58,803 nt of DNA from a virus (lineage: Duplodnaviria; Caudoviricetes). The stretch is taken from the IMG/VR virus record IMGVR_UViG_3300003690_000017, positions 1 through 58,803 of that record; one strand, 5' to 3'. The notes under the pieces were generated by a model that ran no database searches, was not told the DNA's origin, and saw only the letters and a program-made list of their open reading frames with translations. Both the position numbers and the translations under genes were made by a program. Below, one piece after another: positions 26,092 to 35,649 of the stretch. Each line of letters opens with the position of its first letter. Positions within the stretch are counted from its first letter, which is position 1.

Positions 26092-26928
26092 GTGACCCAG
26101 CAGGACTTGTCCGTAGAGGAAGGCCAAAAAGGCCAAAGCGGAACCCCCCCGTCGCAATTGCAGGCCATCACGGCGCAGAACGCTCAGTTGCAGCAGCAGG
26201 TGATGAAATCCCACGAGGACGTTCGCGTCCTTCAGGGACAGCACCAGTCGCTCCTGAACGCGAATCAGCAGTGGGCCACTTGGGGGACAGATATGACGAA
26301 CACAGTGGGCTCCCTCAAAGAGAAGGTTGAGTCCCTCGCGTCAGGGGCCGGAGGCGGCAACGGGGCAGACCCGTATGGCATGCCTGATCCCATGGCGGAT
26401 ATACGAGAACAAGTCCAGCGCGTTGATAATTTCGTGACTGCGCAACAGACCCAGCAGGCGGCTCACGCCGGGTTGCGGGAGGCGCAGACACGAGCAGATG
26501 CACGAATCCTTGGCGCACTAAACCGCTCCGGCGGGTTGGTGTCGAGGGAAGACATCGACTGGGCGTTCATGGGCACCTTCAACCTTCAAACGGTTGTGGG
26601 CATTGAACAAGCAGCCGATGAAGCGGGAAACAGAATCATCACCGCCATGGCCGCGAAGGCCGGGGCAGTGAGTCAGGCAGACAACGCCCAAGCAGCGGCA
26701 GGAGAGCAGGCGGCTGAAGCCCTACGGCGGAAGCGGCAGCTTGAAGCGCAGAAATTGCGCGGTGGCGGTGCGACGGACGTTCAGCTTGATTCTGGTGGTG
26801 GCACGGCTGCCCAAAATGCGCTTGAGCAGTACCACGAGTTGGTGCAGTCAGGGCAGTACACGAAGGCAGCCGAATTCCGCGCCGCGAACATCGACTACAA
26901 GTTGCGCCGAGGCCAAGCGGTCGTATAG
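26092..26928 (+). CDS. Capsid scaffolding protein (putative)
   Basis: Coiled-coil Q/A-rich protein immediately upstream of the capsid gene. Confidence 0.65.
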   Translation: MTQQDLSVEEGQKGQSGTPPSQLQAITAQNAQLQQQVMKSHEDVRVLQGQHQSLLNANQQWATWGTDMTNTVGSLKEKVESLASGAGGGNGADPYGMPDPMADIREQVQRVDNFVTAQQTQQAAHAGLREAQTRADARILGALNRSGGLVSREDIDWAFMGTFNLQTVVGIEQAADEAGNRIITAMAAKAGAVSQADNAQAAAGEQAAEALRRKRQLEAQKLRGGGATDVQLDSGGGTAAQNALEQYHELVQSGQYTKAAEFRAANIDYKLRRGQAVV

Positions 26929-26971
26929 CCCATCACTTGAAACAATTACACAACATAGGACAGGCAGGTAA

Positions 26972-27931
26972 ATGAGTTCTAACACTCAGACCCTAACCGC
27001 TGGTTCCAGCGGCCTGACCAATGAGGACAAACAGTTCTACGACAATGTTCTTCTGGAGCGGAGTCAAGAGAACCTGATCCACACCCAATTCGGACAGTTG
27101 CGCCCCATACCGGGGGGCATCGGTACGAGCATCGAGTTTCGGCGCTTTGAGCGCATAACCACGACCGAGGACACCACACTCACCGATGGCACCGTGCCGT
27201 CCGGCGAGTCCCTGAGTATCTCGACCGTCGTGGCGTCCGTTCCGCAATACGGGGCGTACGTACTTGGCTCGGACCACCTCGAATTGGCTTCAGTGGACCC
27301 AGTTCTTTCTGAACTGACTGGCCTCCTTGGTCAGCATGCTGGAGAAACTCTCGACCGCGTAGCCAGAAATATTCTGACTGCCGGTACGACGGTGCAGTAC
27401 GCGAACGCGCGAGCGTCCCGTACTGCTCTCAACTCGGGAGACGTTCTTGATTCCACAGAGGTTCTGACTGCGGTTGCGAACCTCAAGAATCAGAACGCTC
27501 GCCCGCTAGTGAGCCGTCGATTCGTGGCCCTTATCCACCCGTTTACGTGGCAGCGGCTCATGGCTGACACCACCATCACCAACATCTTTCAGAACGCCTA
27601 TCAGCGCTCTGATGAGGGCAACCCCCTCGCCGTTGGTGAGCTTGGCGACATTTATGGCGTCAGGTTTGTGGAGTCATCCAACTCCCGCGTATTTTCATCG
27701 CTTGGACAGTCCGGTTCGGACGTATACGCAACTCTGGTACTCGGTGCGGACGCCTATGGCGTTTCCGAAATCGACTCCTTGTCGTTGCAGTCGTACTTCC
27801 AGCCGCGCGGTTCCGGTGGTGCCACGGGCGACCCCCTGCACCAAATCTGGAGCATGGGTTGGAAGGCCAGCTTCACCGCCGTAATCCTGAATCAAAACTG
27901 GATTCGGAGAGTGGAGCACTGGAGCAACTAG
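26972..27931 (+). CDS. Major capsid protein, N4-gp56 family (HK97 fold)
   Basis: FGQLRPIP.G.GTSIEFRRF, QYGAY, GELGDIYGVRFVES, DPLHQIWSMGWKA motifs. Confidence 0.9.
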   Translation: MSSNTQTLTAGSSGLTNEDKQFYDNVLLERSQENLIHTQFGQLRPIPGGIGTSIEFRRFERITTTEDTTLTDGTVPSGESLSISTVVASVPQYGAYVLGSDHLELASVDPVLSELTGLLGQHAGETLDRVARNILTAGTTVQYANARASRTALNSGDVLDSTEVLTAVANLKNQNARPLVSRRFVALIHPFTWQRLMADTTITNIFQNAYQRSDEGNPLAVGELGDIYGVRFVESSNSRVFSSLGQSGSDVYATLVLGADAYGVSEIDSLSLQSYFQPRGSGGATGDPLHQIWSMGWKASFTAVILNQNWIRRVEHWSN

Positions 27932-27955
27932 GCTCCAGTCACATCTAGGCGACAC

Positions 27956-28000
27956 CCCGGGGGCGGCAAGGGCTTCATGGCGGCGTTAGCTGCCCCCGGG
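27956..28000 (+). terminator. GC-rich stem-loop after the capsid gene (terminator or mRNA stabiliser)
   Basis: CCCGGGGGCGGC/GCTGCCCCCGGG inverted repeat; weak U tract. Confidence 0.5.
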
Positions 28001-28026
28001 TTGTCCTTAGGTAAGGAGAGATAGCC

Positions 28027-28800
28027 ATGGGACGAAAACGAAAACGCAAGAAGAGAATCTCCACCGTCGAAGAGGTGGTCGAAGAAATCACGGAAGGGGC
28101 AGCGCCTCAGCAGGCGCAGATTGTCCCGATGCAGGTAGTCGAGCCTGACTCTGAAAATCCCCGTGAGGTGCCGGTGCTGACAATCGACGCCATTCGGCAC
28201 CTGAGGGGCCTCTTCCGGCAGCTAGACGACGAGTGGGCGAAGCTGCTCATGATCCACTGGCTCGACACCAACGACCCGCTGTCCGGGTTCACTGTCACCA
28301 TCATGGTGCCGGGCGAACCCACAATCGGAATCTTCCAGAATGCGCTGGAGGCCGCTGACGAGGACCTGCTGGCCGAGTTGTTTGAGGATGCCGAACGCGT
28401 TTACAATTTCCATCAGGAGCACCCGAATTCGGGCGGCACGACTACGCGCGAAGAGGCCGTGGTTCAGACGAGGGCGGAACTTGAGGCGCAGGCGAATACG
28501 TCAATGGTCCAACGGCGGATGAATGAGACGGTCCTATTTGACGACATGGGCACGCGGGACATCTTCGTTCCCGTCGGCTGCCCGTCGCCGATCATTGTCA
28601 ACAGCATGTCCTGTCGCGTCGTACCGGGGCAGATGCAGGCCGTGAAAATCGTGTTCATACCCGTGATCGAGGAGTGGGCGCGTGCGCAGGCGGAACTGGC
28701 GGCAGTGCAGGGGCAGATCGCTCACGTCGGCAACTCCGGCGACAAGGCTTACATCACGGCCCACAACGGCCCCGGCCACGATCCGTTCGCGGGGCTATAG
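28027..28800 (+). CDS. Hypothetical protein (basic N-terminus, acidic core)
   Basis: AAGGAG RBS; 257-aa ORF. Confidence 0.7.
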   Translation: MGRKRKRKKRISTVEEVVEEITEGAAPQQAQIVPMQVVEPDSENPREVPVLTIDAIRHLRGLFRQLDDEWAKLLMIHWLDTNDPLSGFTVTIMVPGEPTIGIFQNALEAADEDLLAELFEDAERVYNFHQEHPNSGGTTTREEAVVQTRAELEAQANTSMVQRRMNETVLFDDMGTRDIFVPVGCPSPIIVNSMSCRVVPGQMQAVKIVFIPVIEEWARAQAELAAVQGQIAHVGNSGDKAYITAHNGPGHDPFAGL

Positions 28801-29163
28801 GTGCCTGACGCAACCTCGTACATCCAGTACGTCAGGTACGACGACCCGGCCATGGGTGCGGGCTACAGCCCAATCGCCATCAACCATTACGTCGATGTCC
28901 ACACGCCGCGCCCGGGTGACTACGGCGATGACGTGCAGATCACCGGCCCCTCCGGGGGCATCATCGCTCTGACCAACGAAGGCACCGAGGACGTGATTAT
29001 CAACGGCTCTGGACCCGGCTGGGTGGGCGCGATCGAGGGCAAGGCGTTTGTCGAGGGGCAGGTCAGAACCGTCAACTTCAAGCTCGCCGTCAACACGCCG
29101 AGCGCCATCACCATACCGACCGCGATTGCGGATTTCCTGCGCCAAGAAGCGTGGATTAGATAG
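28801..29163 (+). CDS. Hypothetical, possibly virion-associated protein
   Basis: Abuts the upstream stop; beta-rich composition. Confidence 0.6.
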   Translation: MPDATSYIQYVRYDDPAMGAGYSPIAINHYVDVHTPRPGDYGDDVQITGPSGGIIALTNEGTEDVIINGSGPGWVGAIEGKAFVEGQVRTVNFKLAVNTPSAITIPTAIADFLRQEAWIR

Positions 29164-29176
29164 AAAGGCGGACCAA

Positions 29177-29470
29177 ATGGCCCTACGACGGAGAACAAGC
29201 ATGGCGGCAAAGGCTGCGCCCGCTGTGCCGAAGGGGCCGCCTCGGCTCGAAGTCTCAGATGAGGTCGAACTCACCGGCTCGTCTGGTGAGATTCTGGCTC
29301 TGCGCAACGGCCCGGTAGAGCAGGTCATGGTGCGCGGTGGTAACGCCGAGGTGTCCATGAACAGCGTCATCGTGAAGGTCCCGGCTGGCAAGAAGGTGAA
29401 TGTGCCCGGTCCGGTCGCGGCGATCCTCGCGGCGCTCAACCGCATCGAGGGCATCGAGAAAACCGCTTGA
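29177..29470 (+). CDS. Hypothetical protein, possibly related to 28801-29163
   Basis: AAAGG RBS; VELTGSSGEILALRN resembles VQITGPSGGIIALTN of the upstream protein. Confidence 0.6.
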   Translation: MALRRRTSMAAKAAPAVPKGPPRLEVSDEVELTGSSGEILALRNGPVEQVMVRGGNAEVSMNSVIVKVPAGKKVNVPGPVAAILAALNRIEGIEKTA

Positions 29471-29682
29471 GCGACGAACCGCTGAGGGTCAAATCACTGG
29501 GCATGCTGTCCAAGGATGTCATCACGATCCTCGAATCTGCACCCTCGCCAATCGACGCTTACCGCTGGGCGGCTGGGCTGCCCTCCGATTGGTCGGCGAC
29601 GCCCGAGGAACAGAGGCGAAAACAGAAAAGACGAATAGGCAAACCGGGACTCCCATTTAAGTTCCGTATCGGAAAGGACTGA
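29467..29682 (+). CDS. Hypothetical protein
   Basis: TTGA coupling; fills the gap before the glycosyltransferase. Confidence 0.45.
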   Translation: MSDEPLRVKSLGMLSKDVITILESAPSPIDAYRWAAGLPSDWSATPEEQRRKQKRRIGKPGLPFKFRIGKD

Positions 29683-29686
29683 CCCT

Positions 29687-32245
29687 ATGGCAGAAGCCCC
29701 ACCAGACGCCGCCACTGCCACAACAATCACGCTCGCGATAATCGCCCTCAACGGGGAGGAATCGCTCCCCGGCTTGCTGGATTCCTGCAAGGGCGTCTTC
29801 ACGCACATCGTCTGCGCCGTGGATAGCCGAACCAGCGACGACACACGCGCGGTCCTTGACACCTACGCAGTCGCCCATGAGGACTACGAGTGGGCGGACG
29901 ATTTCTCCTACGCGCGAAAAATGAGCTTCGATCTGGCCCGGAAGACAGATCCCGATTGGATCATGTGGCTGGACTGCGACGACGTGCTGGTTAAGGGGGC
30001 AATGATCCACCCGATCCTCGCGCACGCGCCCGACCACGTTTGGGGAGTGGCGGCCGACTACAAATACATGTTCTCGAAGGAGCACCGGGCTTGGCTAACG
30101 ACACACGACCGGGTGCGACTCGTCCGTGCTGACAAGCCATGGGTGTGGCTGAACCGGGTCCACGAGGTCCTGATGCTCGCAGAAACCGACCGCGACGATT
30201 CCAGCCGACGCGTCGCCATGTCACCCGAGTTCCATGTCGAGCACCAGCGGCCAAACGACGCGTTGACATTCGACCGGAATATCCATCTGCTGGGACTGAT
30301 GATTGACGACGATCAGGGCGCTGGGAGGCCCATAGACGCGCGCGTGCTCCATTATGTGGCGCAGGAGTACTACCACGCCGAGGAATACCAGCTTGCGGCC
30401 CAGTGGTGGGTGCGCTACCTCGAAGTCTCGGGCTGGCCGGAGGAATGCTACGACGCCCTCCTGAAGCAGGCCCATTGCTACACGGAAGTCGCGAAGAAGG
30501 CGAAGGGCACCGGGCAGGACGAGGTGCCGTGGTGGGGCCGAGCCGTCGAGTCCACCTTGAAGGCCATGGCTATACGCGACGACTGGTGCGACGCCTTCTA
30601 CCGCATGGGGATGATCGCCTGCGACATGGGGAGGTACGAAGCGGCCCTCCAGTGGACCGCCATCGCGAAAATGATTCCTGACAAGAAGGCGAGGACGCAG
30701 GGCCACAACGAACTGGATTACGACTATCACCCGGCCCTGTACGTGACACACGCGTACATGGCGCTCCAGCAGCCGCGCAACGCGCTCGACATGTGCGAGA
30801 TCATCCTGAAGGACTACCCCGGCAACGCCGTCTTCATGGAGAGGAAGCAGCAGGCGGAGGTGTGGCTCAGGCAGGAGGAACTGGCTGCGTCGGCGATCAC
30901 GGTGGCCGAAAACATGCACCCGTCGGACCTTGATGCCTTTTGGGGGACTGTCCCGAAGGAGGCCAAGTCCGCCAATAAGCTCCGCGAGATGTGCGTGCCC
31001 GTCATCCACGAGGCGCGTATGGCCCTCGGGCGGTTAGCCAAGGGCAGCAACAGGATCGTATTCCTCTGCGGTGAGGGCATCGAGCCGTGGTGCCCGGACT
31101 CTCTCGATGAGGGCGGCCTCGGAGGCTCCGAGACTGCCGTGGTGCACTTGGCGCGAATCTTTCAGGCGCGGAACTTCAACGTGGATGTCTACAACTTCGC
31201 AGGACCCTACGAGGGTCGCCATGACGGCGCTGGCTATTGGGACATGTCCCGGTACGACCCGGACGACCCGGCCATGCTAACAGTTGCCTCCCGCATGCCC
31301 GACATGCCGCGACCGGCGGGCACCGATCAGTATTGGCTATGGGCGCACGACCTCAATTACAAGGACGAGTTCCGCTCCGACATGGCCCGCCGGTTCGACC
31401 GGATCATGCCGGTGTCTGAGTTCCACGCGAACTGGCTTGACCAGTGCTACCCGTGGCTGCGGGGCATCGGGAACGTCACGCCAACGCGAAACGGCATCGA
31501 CCTGAGCCGCTTTGCTGACAGGGACAAGATCGACAAAATCCCGAGGAAGTGCATTTACACCTCGTCGCCCGACCGAGGGCTGGCCGAGATTCTGGTCATG
31601 TGGCCGCAGATCAAACAGGCTTACAGCGATGCCTCCCTGCACATCTTCTACGGGTTCCAGAATTGGGACTACATCATTCGCGCAGGCAACAAGGAACTGG
31701 CCGCCAGTAAGGCGTACCTCGTGGACCAGCTTGAGCGCATGAAGCCGCTCGATGTCACCTTCCACGGGCGCGTCGGGCAGGCAGAACTGGCGAAGCACTG
31801 GATGGAGAGCGAGATTTGGGCCTACCCGGCGACCTTCATCGAAACGTCCTGCATTTCCGCGATGGAGGCTGCGGCTGCGGGGGCAGTGCCGATCACCAGC
31901 CAACTTGGTGCCCTGCCGGAGACGATCGGTGATCGCGGCATCTTGCTGCCAATGGGCTGCCCGAAGAACCGGACCTATCAGGAAATGTTCCTCGGCACCG
32001 TCGGGCAGATGCTCTCGACCAAGGAGGACATCGCGGAGCGGATCGCCAGTTGGCAGGACACCGGCATCACCGAGCTTGATGCGCAGATGAAGAAGTCGTT
32101 CGAGGACATGCAGGAAGCGGAAAATCCTGCGATAGAGCTACGCGAGCGCGGGTATGCTTACGCGAGTAACTTCTCATGGGATGGAGTCGCCGATCAATGG
32201 GTGGACTGGCTGACAAATGCGAATCTGCCTAATAAATCCCCCTAG
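29687..32245 (+). CDS. Multidomain glycosyltransferase: GT2 + TPR + GT4
   Basis: WADDFSYAR and WIMWLDCDD (GT2 DxD), TPR-like helices, GGSETAV...YTSSPDRGL...ETSCISAMEA (GT-B). Confidence 0.85.
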   Translation: MAEAPPDAATATTITLAIIALNGEESLPGLLDSCKGVFTHIVCAVDSRTSDDTRAVLDTYAVAHEDYEWADDFSYARKMSFDLARKTDPDWIMWLDCDDVLVKGAMIHPILAHAPDHVWGVAADYKYMFSKEHRAWLTTHDRVRLVRADKPWVWLNRVHEVLMLAETDRDDSSRRVAMSPEFHVEHQRPNDALTFDRNIHLLGLMIDDDQGAGRPIDARVLHYVAQEYYHAEEYQLAAQWWVRYLEVSGWPEECYDALLKQAHCYTEVAKKAKGTGQDEVPWWGRAVESTLKAMAIRDDWCDAFYRMGMIACDMGRYEAALQWTAIAKMIPDKKARTQGHNELDYDYHPALYVTHAYMALQQPRNALDMCEIILKDYPGNAVFMERKQQAEVWLRQEELAASAITVAENMHPSDLDAFWGTVPKEAKSANKLREMCVPVIHEARMALGRLAKGSNRIVFLCGEGIEPWCPDSLDEGGLGGSETAVVHLARIFQARNFNVDVYNFAGPYEGRHDGAGYWDMSRYDPDDPAMLTVASRMPDMPRPAGTDQYWLWAHDLNYKDEFRSDMARRFDRIMPVSEFHANWLDQCYPWLRGIGNVTPTRNGIDLSRFADRDKIDKIPRKCIYTSSPDRGLAEILVMWPQIKQAYSDASLHIFYGFQNWDYIIRAGNKELAASKAYLVDQLERMKPLDVTFHGRVGQAELAKHWMESEIWAYPATFIETSCISAMEAAAAGAVPITSQLGALPETIGDRGILLPMGCPKNRTYQEMFLGTVGQMLSTKEDIAERIASWQDTGITELDAQMKKSFEDMQEAENPAIELRERGYAYASNFSWDGVADQWVDWLTNANLPNKSP

Positions 32246-33524
32246 CCCGTTCCTAATCAACGCGGACATTTTCAGTCCGCTCGGGCTGTACTACGTCGGG
32301 GCGGAGTTGAAGGGGCGCGGCCACGAGGTCGCCTATATCGACCAAGGGATTGGCGACACGATCCCTGACGGCTTCGACGTTTACGGGGTCACAGGGACCA
32401 CACCGCAGGCCCCAGCGATGCGGCAAGCCCTTGCTGACATCCACGATATGGGGCACCCGGTCGTGGTCGGCGGGCCACACGCCACGCTCGATTGGACGGA
32501 CGTGCAGACATGGCACCCCGACTCCGTGTACGTCGGAGAGGGCGAGGAAATGGGCGTAGAGACGCTTTTGGCCGCTGGTGGGGGCGACGTGAAGGATTTG
32601 GTCATCGGGGGCCGCCTGAAGGACCTGAACGCCGTCCAGCACCCGGATAGAACGGACGAGCTTCGCTACACCTTCGACATCCACGGCAAAAGGGCCACGA
32701 CGATGATGACCTCGCGCGGGTGTCCGTTCACCTGCGCCTTCTGTGCGGGACGGACCAGCGACTTCGCCGGGTTCGGGCGCGAGGTTCACATGCGCCACGC
32801 CGAGAACGTGATGGAGGAAATCTATCAACTCAAGGACCTCGGCTTTGAGTCGATCATGTTCTACGACGATATTTTCGCGATGTCGCGCTCGCGCATGAAG
32901 ACGCTTGCTCCGCTGATGGAGGCCACGGGGATGAACTTCAGGGGCTTCCTGCGGGCGAACATGATGGACGAGGAAATGGCCGATCTGCTGATGCAGGCCG
33001 GGTTTGCTGAGATTTGCTTCGGGATTGAGTCGGGCAGTGAACAGATTCTCCTGAACATCGAGAAGCGGGAGACTGTCCAGCAGGGGTACGACGCGATACG
33101 CATAGCGATGGCCGCAGGGCTGAGGGCCAAAACCTTCTACATCGTGGGCTTACCCGGCGAGTCGCCTGACACAATCAAGGAGACGGCGGAATTCATCAGT
33201 AAGGCGCAGCCAACCGACGTGGATTTCTCGATCCTGACGGTCTACGCCGGAACACCGATCCACGACCACCCCGAGAATTACGACGTTGAGTTCAGCGAGC
33301 CGACCTTCTATAAGGGTAAGCCCGGTGAGTACAACGCCCATGTCAGCACGAGCCACATGACCTCCGAGGAAATCGTCGCAGCCCGCGACTGGCTAGAGAC
33401 GGAATTCAAGGACTGGGGCGTGGTGATGAATCAAGCGGACAAAGAGTCCCTGCTAAGTACGCAGGGGGCGGCAGACCGACAAGAGCACATCGCCGACATC
33501 GACCGGATGCTGGCTACGGGCTAG
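32217..33524 (+). CDS. B12-binding radical SAM protein (class B methylase-like)
   Basis: N-terminal cobalamin-binding domain (LINPP, PLGL, VVGGPHAT, GEGE), SRGCPFTCAFC, FGIESGS, GLPGE. Confidence 0.9.
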   Translation: MRICLINPPSPFLINADIFSPLGLYYVGAELKGRGHEVAYIDQGIGDTIPDGFDVYGVTGTTPQAPAMRQALADIHDMGHPVVVGGPHATLDWTDVQTWHPDSVYVGEGEEMGVETLLAAGGGDVKDLVIGGRLKDLNAVQHPDRTDELRYTFDIHGKRATTMMTSRGCPFTCAFCAGRTSDFAGFGREVHMRHAENVMEEIYQLKDLGFESIMFYDDIFAMSRSRMKTLAPLMEATGMNFRGFLRANMMDEEMADLLMQAGFAEICFGIESGSEQILLNIEKRETVQQGYDAIRIAMAAGLRAKTFYIVGLPGESPDTIKETAEFISKAQPTDVDFSILTVYAGTPIHDHPENYDVEFSEPTFYKGKPGEYNAHVSTSHMTSEEIVAARDWLETEFKDWGVVMNQADKESLLSTQGAADRQEHIADIDRMLATG

Positions 33525-34576
33525 ACCGCTCCAACCTTGGCGTGGGCGTCAACTAGTTCACTGATGACGGCCTGTACGCCGACGCGGGGACGCCAACCGT
33601 AGCCTTGGTGGAATCGGCGCGAATCGTTGATGAGACAAATCTGGTCCGCATGGCGTGGCTTGTCCTCAAATTGCAGGATGGCCTCCATCTGGCTATCGGC
33701 TTCGATCATTTCGATGGCCTCCAGAATGGACACCGAGTTGCGCCGTCCGCCGCCGAGGTTGTAAACCAGTCCGCCCGGGGCAGGCTGGTTGATGAAGTAC
33801 TCGCACGCGGTCATCACGTCGCTTGCGTGCAGTTGATCGCGGACCTGCTTCCCCCTGAACCCGTAAACCGTGTAGGTCTTGCGATCCTGAATCGTGCGGA
33901 CAAGATTGCTCAGGAAGCCGTGCATCGGCACACCGGCATGGCGCGCGCCCGTCATGCAGCCCGCCCTGAAGCACACCGTATTCATGTTGTAACCGCGACC
34001 ATACTCCTGCACGAGGATGTCAGCGGCGAGCTTGCTGGCCCCGTACTGGGTGTGGGTTGTCTGGTCAATGCGCAGAGATTCATCAATGCCGCCCATATCA
34101 ACCATGCGCTCAAAGTCGTAGCGGGTTGAGCCTTCCTTGAACGGGATGCTCTCCATCGTCCCGTAGACCTTACTGCTGCTCATGAACACGAACGGGCTTT
34201 TGGGGCAGGCCGTCCGCACCGCATCCAGCACGTTCAGCGTACCTTCGACGTTCACGCTCCAGTTCTCGCGCGGGTTCAGTTCCCCGTACTCGTGAGCGGG
34301 CTGTGCGGCAGCGTGGATGATGGCGTCCGGCCTGTGCTCGTGCATGATCTGCGTCATCTTGCTGGCCTGCCGTATGTCGATGTTGTAAAACTGGAAGTCC
34401 GTCCCGAGCGTAGCCGTCAGGTATTCGCGCACCAGCGTTGTGTCGCCACCCCGCCCGAAGAAGTGGCGGCGCATGTTGTTGTCGATGCCGATGACCTTCC
34501 AGTCGCGCTCGGCAAAATGAAGGACTGCTTCGCTTCCGACGAGGCCGCTGGAGCCTGTTACCAAAATCGTGGGCAT
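33521..34576 (-). CDS. NAD-dependent NDP-sugar epimerase/dehydratase (CDP-paratose 2-epimerase-like)
   Basis: TGSSGLVG, HAAAQP, YGASK, GKQVRD motifs. Confidence 0.88.
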   Translation of the reverse strand: MPTILVTGSSGLVGSEAVLHFAERDWKVIGIDNNMRRHFFGRGGDTTLVREYLTATLGTDFQFYNIDIRQASKMTQIMHEHRPDAIIHAAAQPAHEYGELNPRENWSVNVEGTLNVLDAVRTACPKSPFVFMSSSKVYGTMESIPFKEGSTRYDFERMVDMGGIDESLRIDQTTHTQYGASKLAADILVQEYGRGYNMNTVCFRAGCMTGARHAGVPMHGFLSNLVRTIQDRKTYTVYGFRGKQVRDQLHASDVMTACEYFINQPAPGGLVYNLGGGRRNSVSILEAIEMIEADSQMEAILQFEDKPRHADQICLINDSRRFHQGYGWRPRVGVQAVISELVDAHAKVGAV

Positions 34577-34582
34577 GTCGCT

Positions 34583-34588
34583 AGTATA
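34583..34588 (-). promoter_or_regulatory. -10 element for a leaderless epimerase mRNA
   Basis: TATACT exactly 6 nt before the ATG, no Shine-Dalgarno sequence. Confidence 0.55.
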
Positions 34589-34609
34589 GGCAAATGACGC
34601 CGCCGACGT

Positions 34610-34879
34610 TCATGCCTCCACATGCCAAAGATGGCGGGGATTCACGCACCCCGGAGTGTCGCAGCGGTGCATAACGATGCGGTGACGCAGCGGCTCCCCG
34701 CGATCCATGATCCACGCTGCTCTGTGCGCATACACGTTGACCGAATGGGGGGCACCGGACTGGATATGGCCGTAGCCGCGCGGGTCCTTAGCGCCAGTCC
34801 ACATCCAGCATTCGTCGGGGCCGCCGCGATCCACTTTGGACCAGAAGCGGCGGTGAAAGTTGTCTAAGGACCCACTCAT
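34610..34879 (-). pseudogene. HNH endonuclease, apparently C-terminally truncated
   Basis: RFWSKV...CWMWTG...YAHRAAW...VMHRCDTPGCVNPRHL, then a stop before the usual GTxxxN helix. Confidence 0.6.
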
Positions 34880-35618
34880 TTCAATCTTTACGCCTATCTG
34901 GAATCGCCCCAAGCACCTGAGGGCGTATCTCGCCGCCATGGGCGCGCAGACGTACCCGCGTTTCGAGGTCTTCGTTTACGATGACGGCAGCGATGAGCCG
35001 ATGCTTGCGTGGGTGCGGGAGGCTGTAGCGGAACTCGGCGAGGCTGCGCATGTCGTGAAGTTCCTTGAACATGAGCGTCAGCGTAAACCTGATGACCCTG
35101 ACGGCCATCCCGGCTACCCCCAGTGGGCGAAGCAATATAATACGGTATTCCCTCAGTCCCGAGGCCAGATCGTCGGCATCCTTTCGAGCGACTGGATGCC
35201 CGAGCCGGACTTCCTTTCGACGGTCGCGGGGCACCTTGAGCACCTCGGCCCCGGCAACATGGTCTTTGGCGACGTGCCCGAGCAGAAAGTCACCAAGGCG
35301 TTTTATCCGGAGGGGGCCACCTCAGGGTTGTATCCGGTTTACGACTTCACTGCTGCTGACACGCGCAACCAGAATTTCCTGTGGCGGCAGGACTGGCAGG
35401 ACTGGGATGAGACGTTTGATGAGTTCGGCTTCGGCCACGCGATGCCTTACTGGAACGCCTCCGTTGTGAAGAAAGGGAGGTGCAAGCTGTGGGTGTCGCT
35501 GGACATGAAGGCCCGCGAGAACATGCACGACAACCCGCCCGAATTCATAGATCAGGTGAACGCCTCGGCAAGGTATTACGTCGGCAGGATGGAGCCGTGG
35601 AAGACGCCGCTCAAATGA
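34860..35618 (+). CDS. Glycosyltransferase family 2
   Basis: ISIFTPIWNR...FEVFVYDDGSDE; SRGQIVGILSSD. Confidence 0.8.
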   Translation: MSKDPLISIFTPIWNRPKHLRAYLAAMGAQTYPRFEVFVYDDGSDEPMLAWVREAVAELGEAAHVVKFLEHERQRKPDDPDGHPGYPQWAKQYNTVFPQSRGQIVGILSSDWMPEPDFLSTVAGHLEHLGPGNMVFGDVPEQKVTKAFYPEGATSGLYPVYDFTAADTRNQNFLWRQDWQDWDETFDEFGFGHAMPYWNASVVKKGRCKLWVSLDMKARENMHDNPPEFIDQVNASARYYVGRMEPWKTPLK

Positions 35619-35649
35619 TTACCACGGGTCGAACATGGAGGCATATCGA

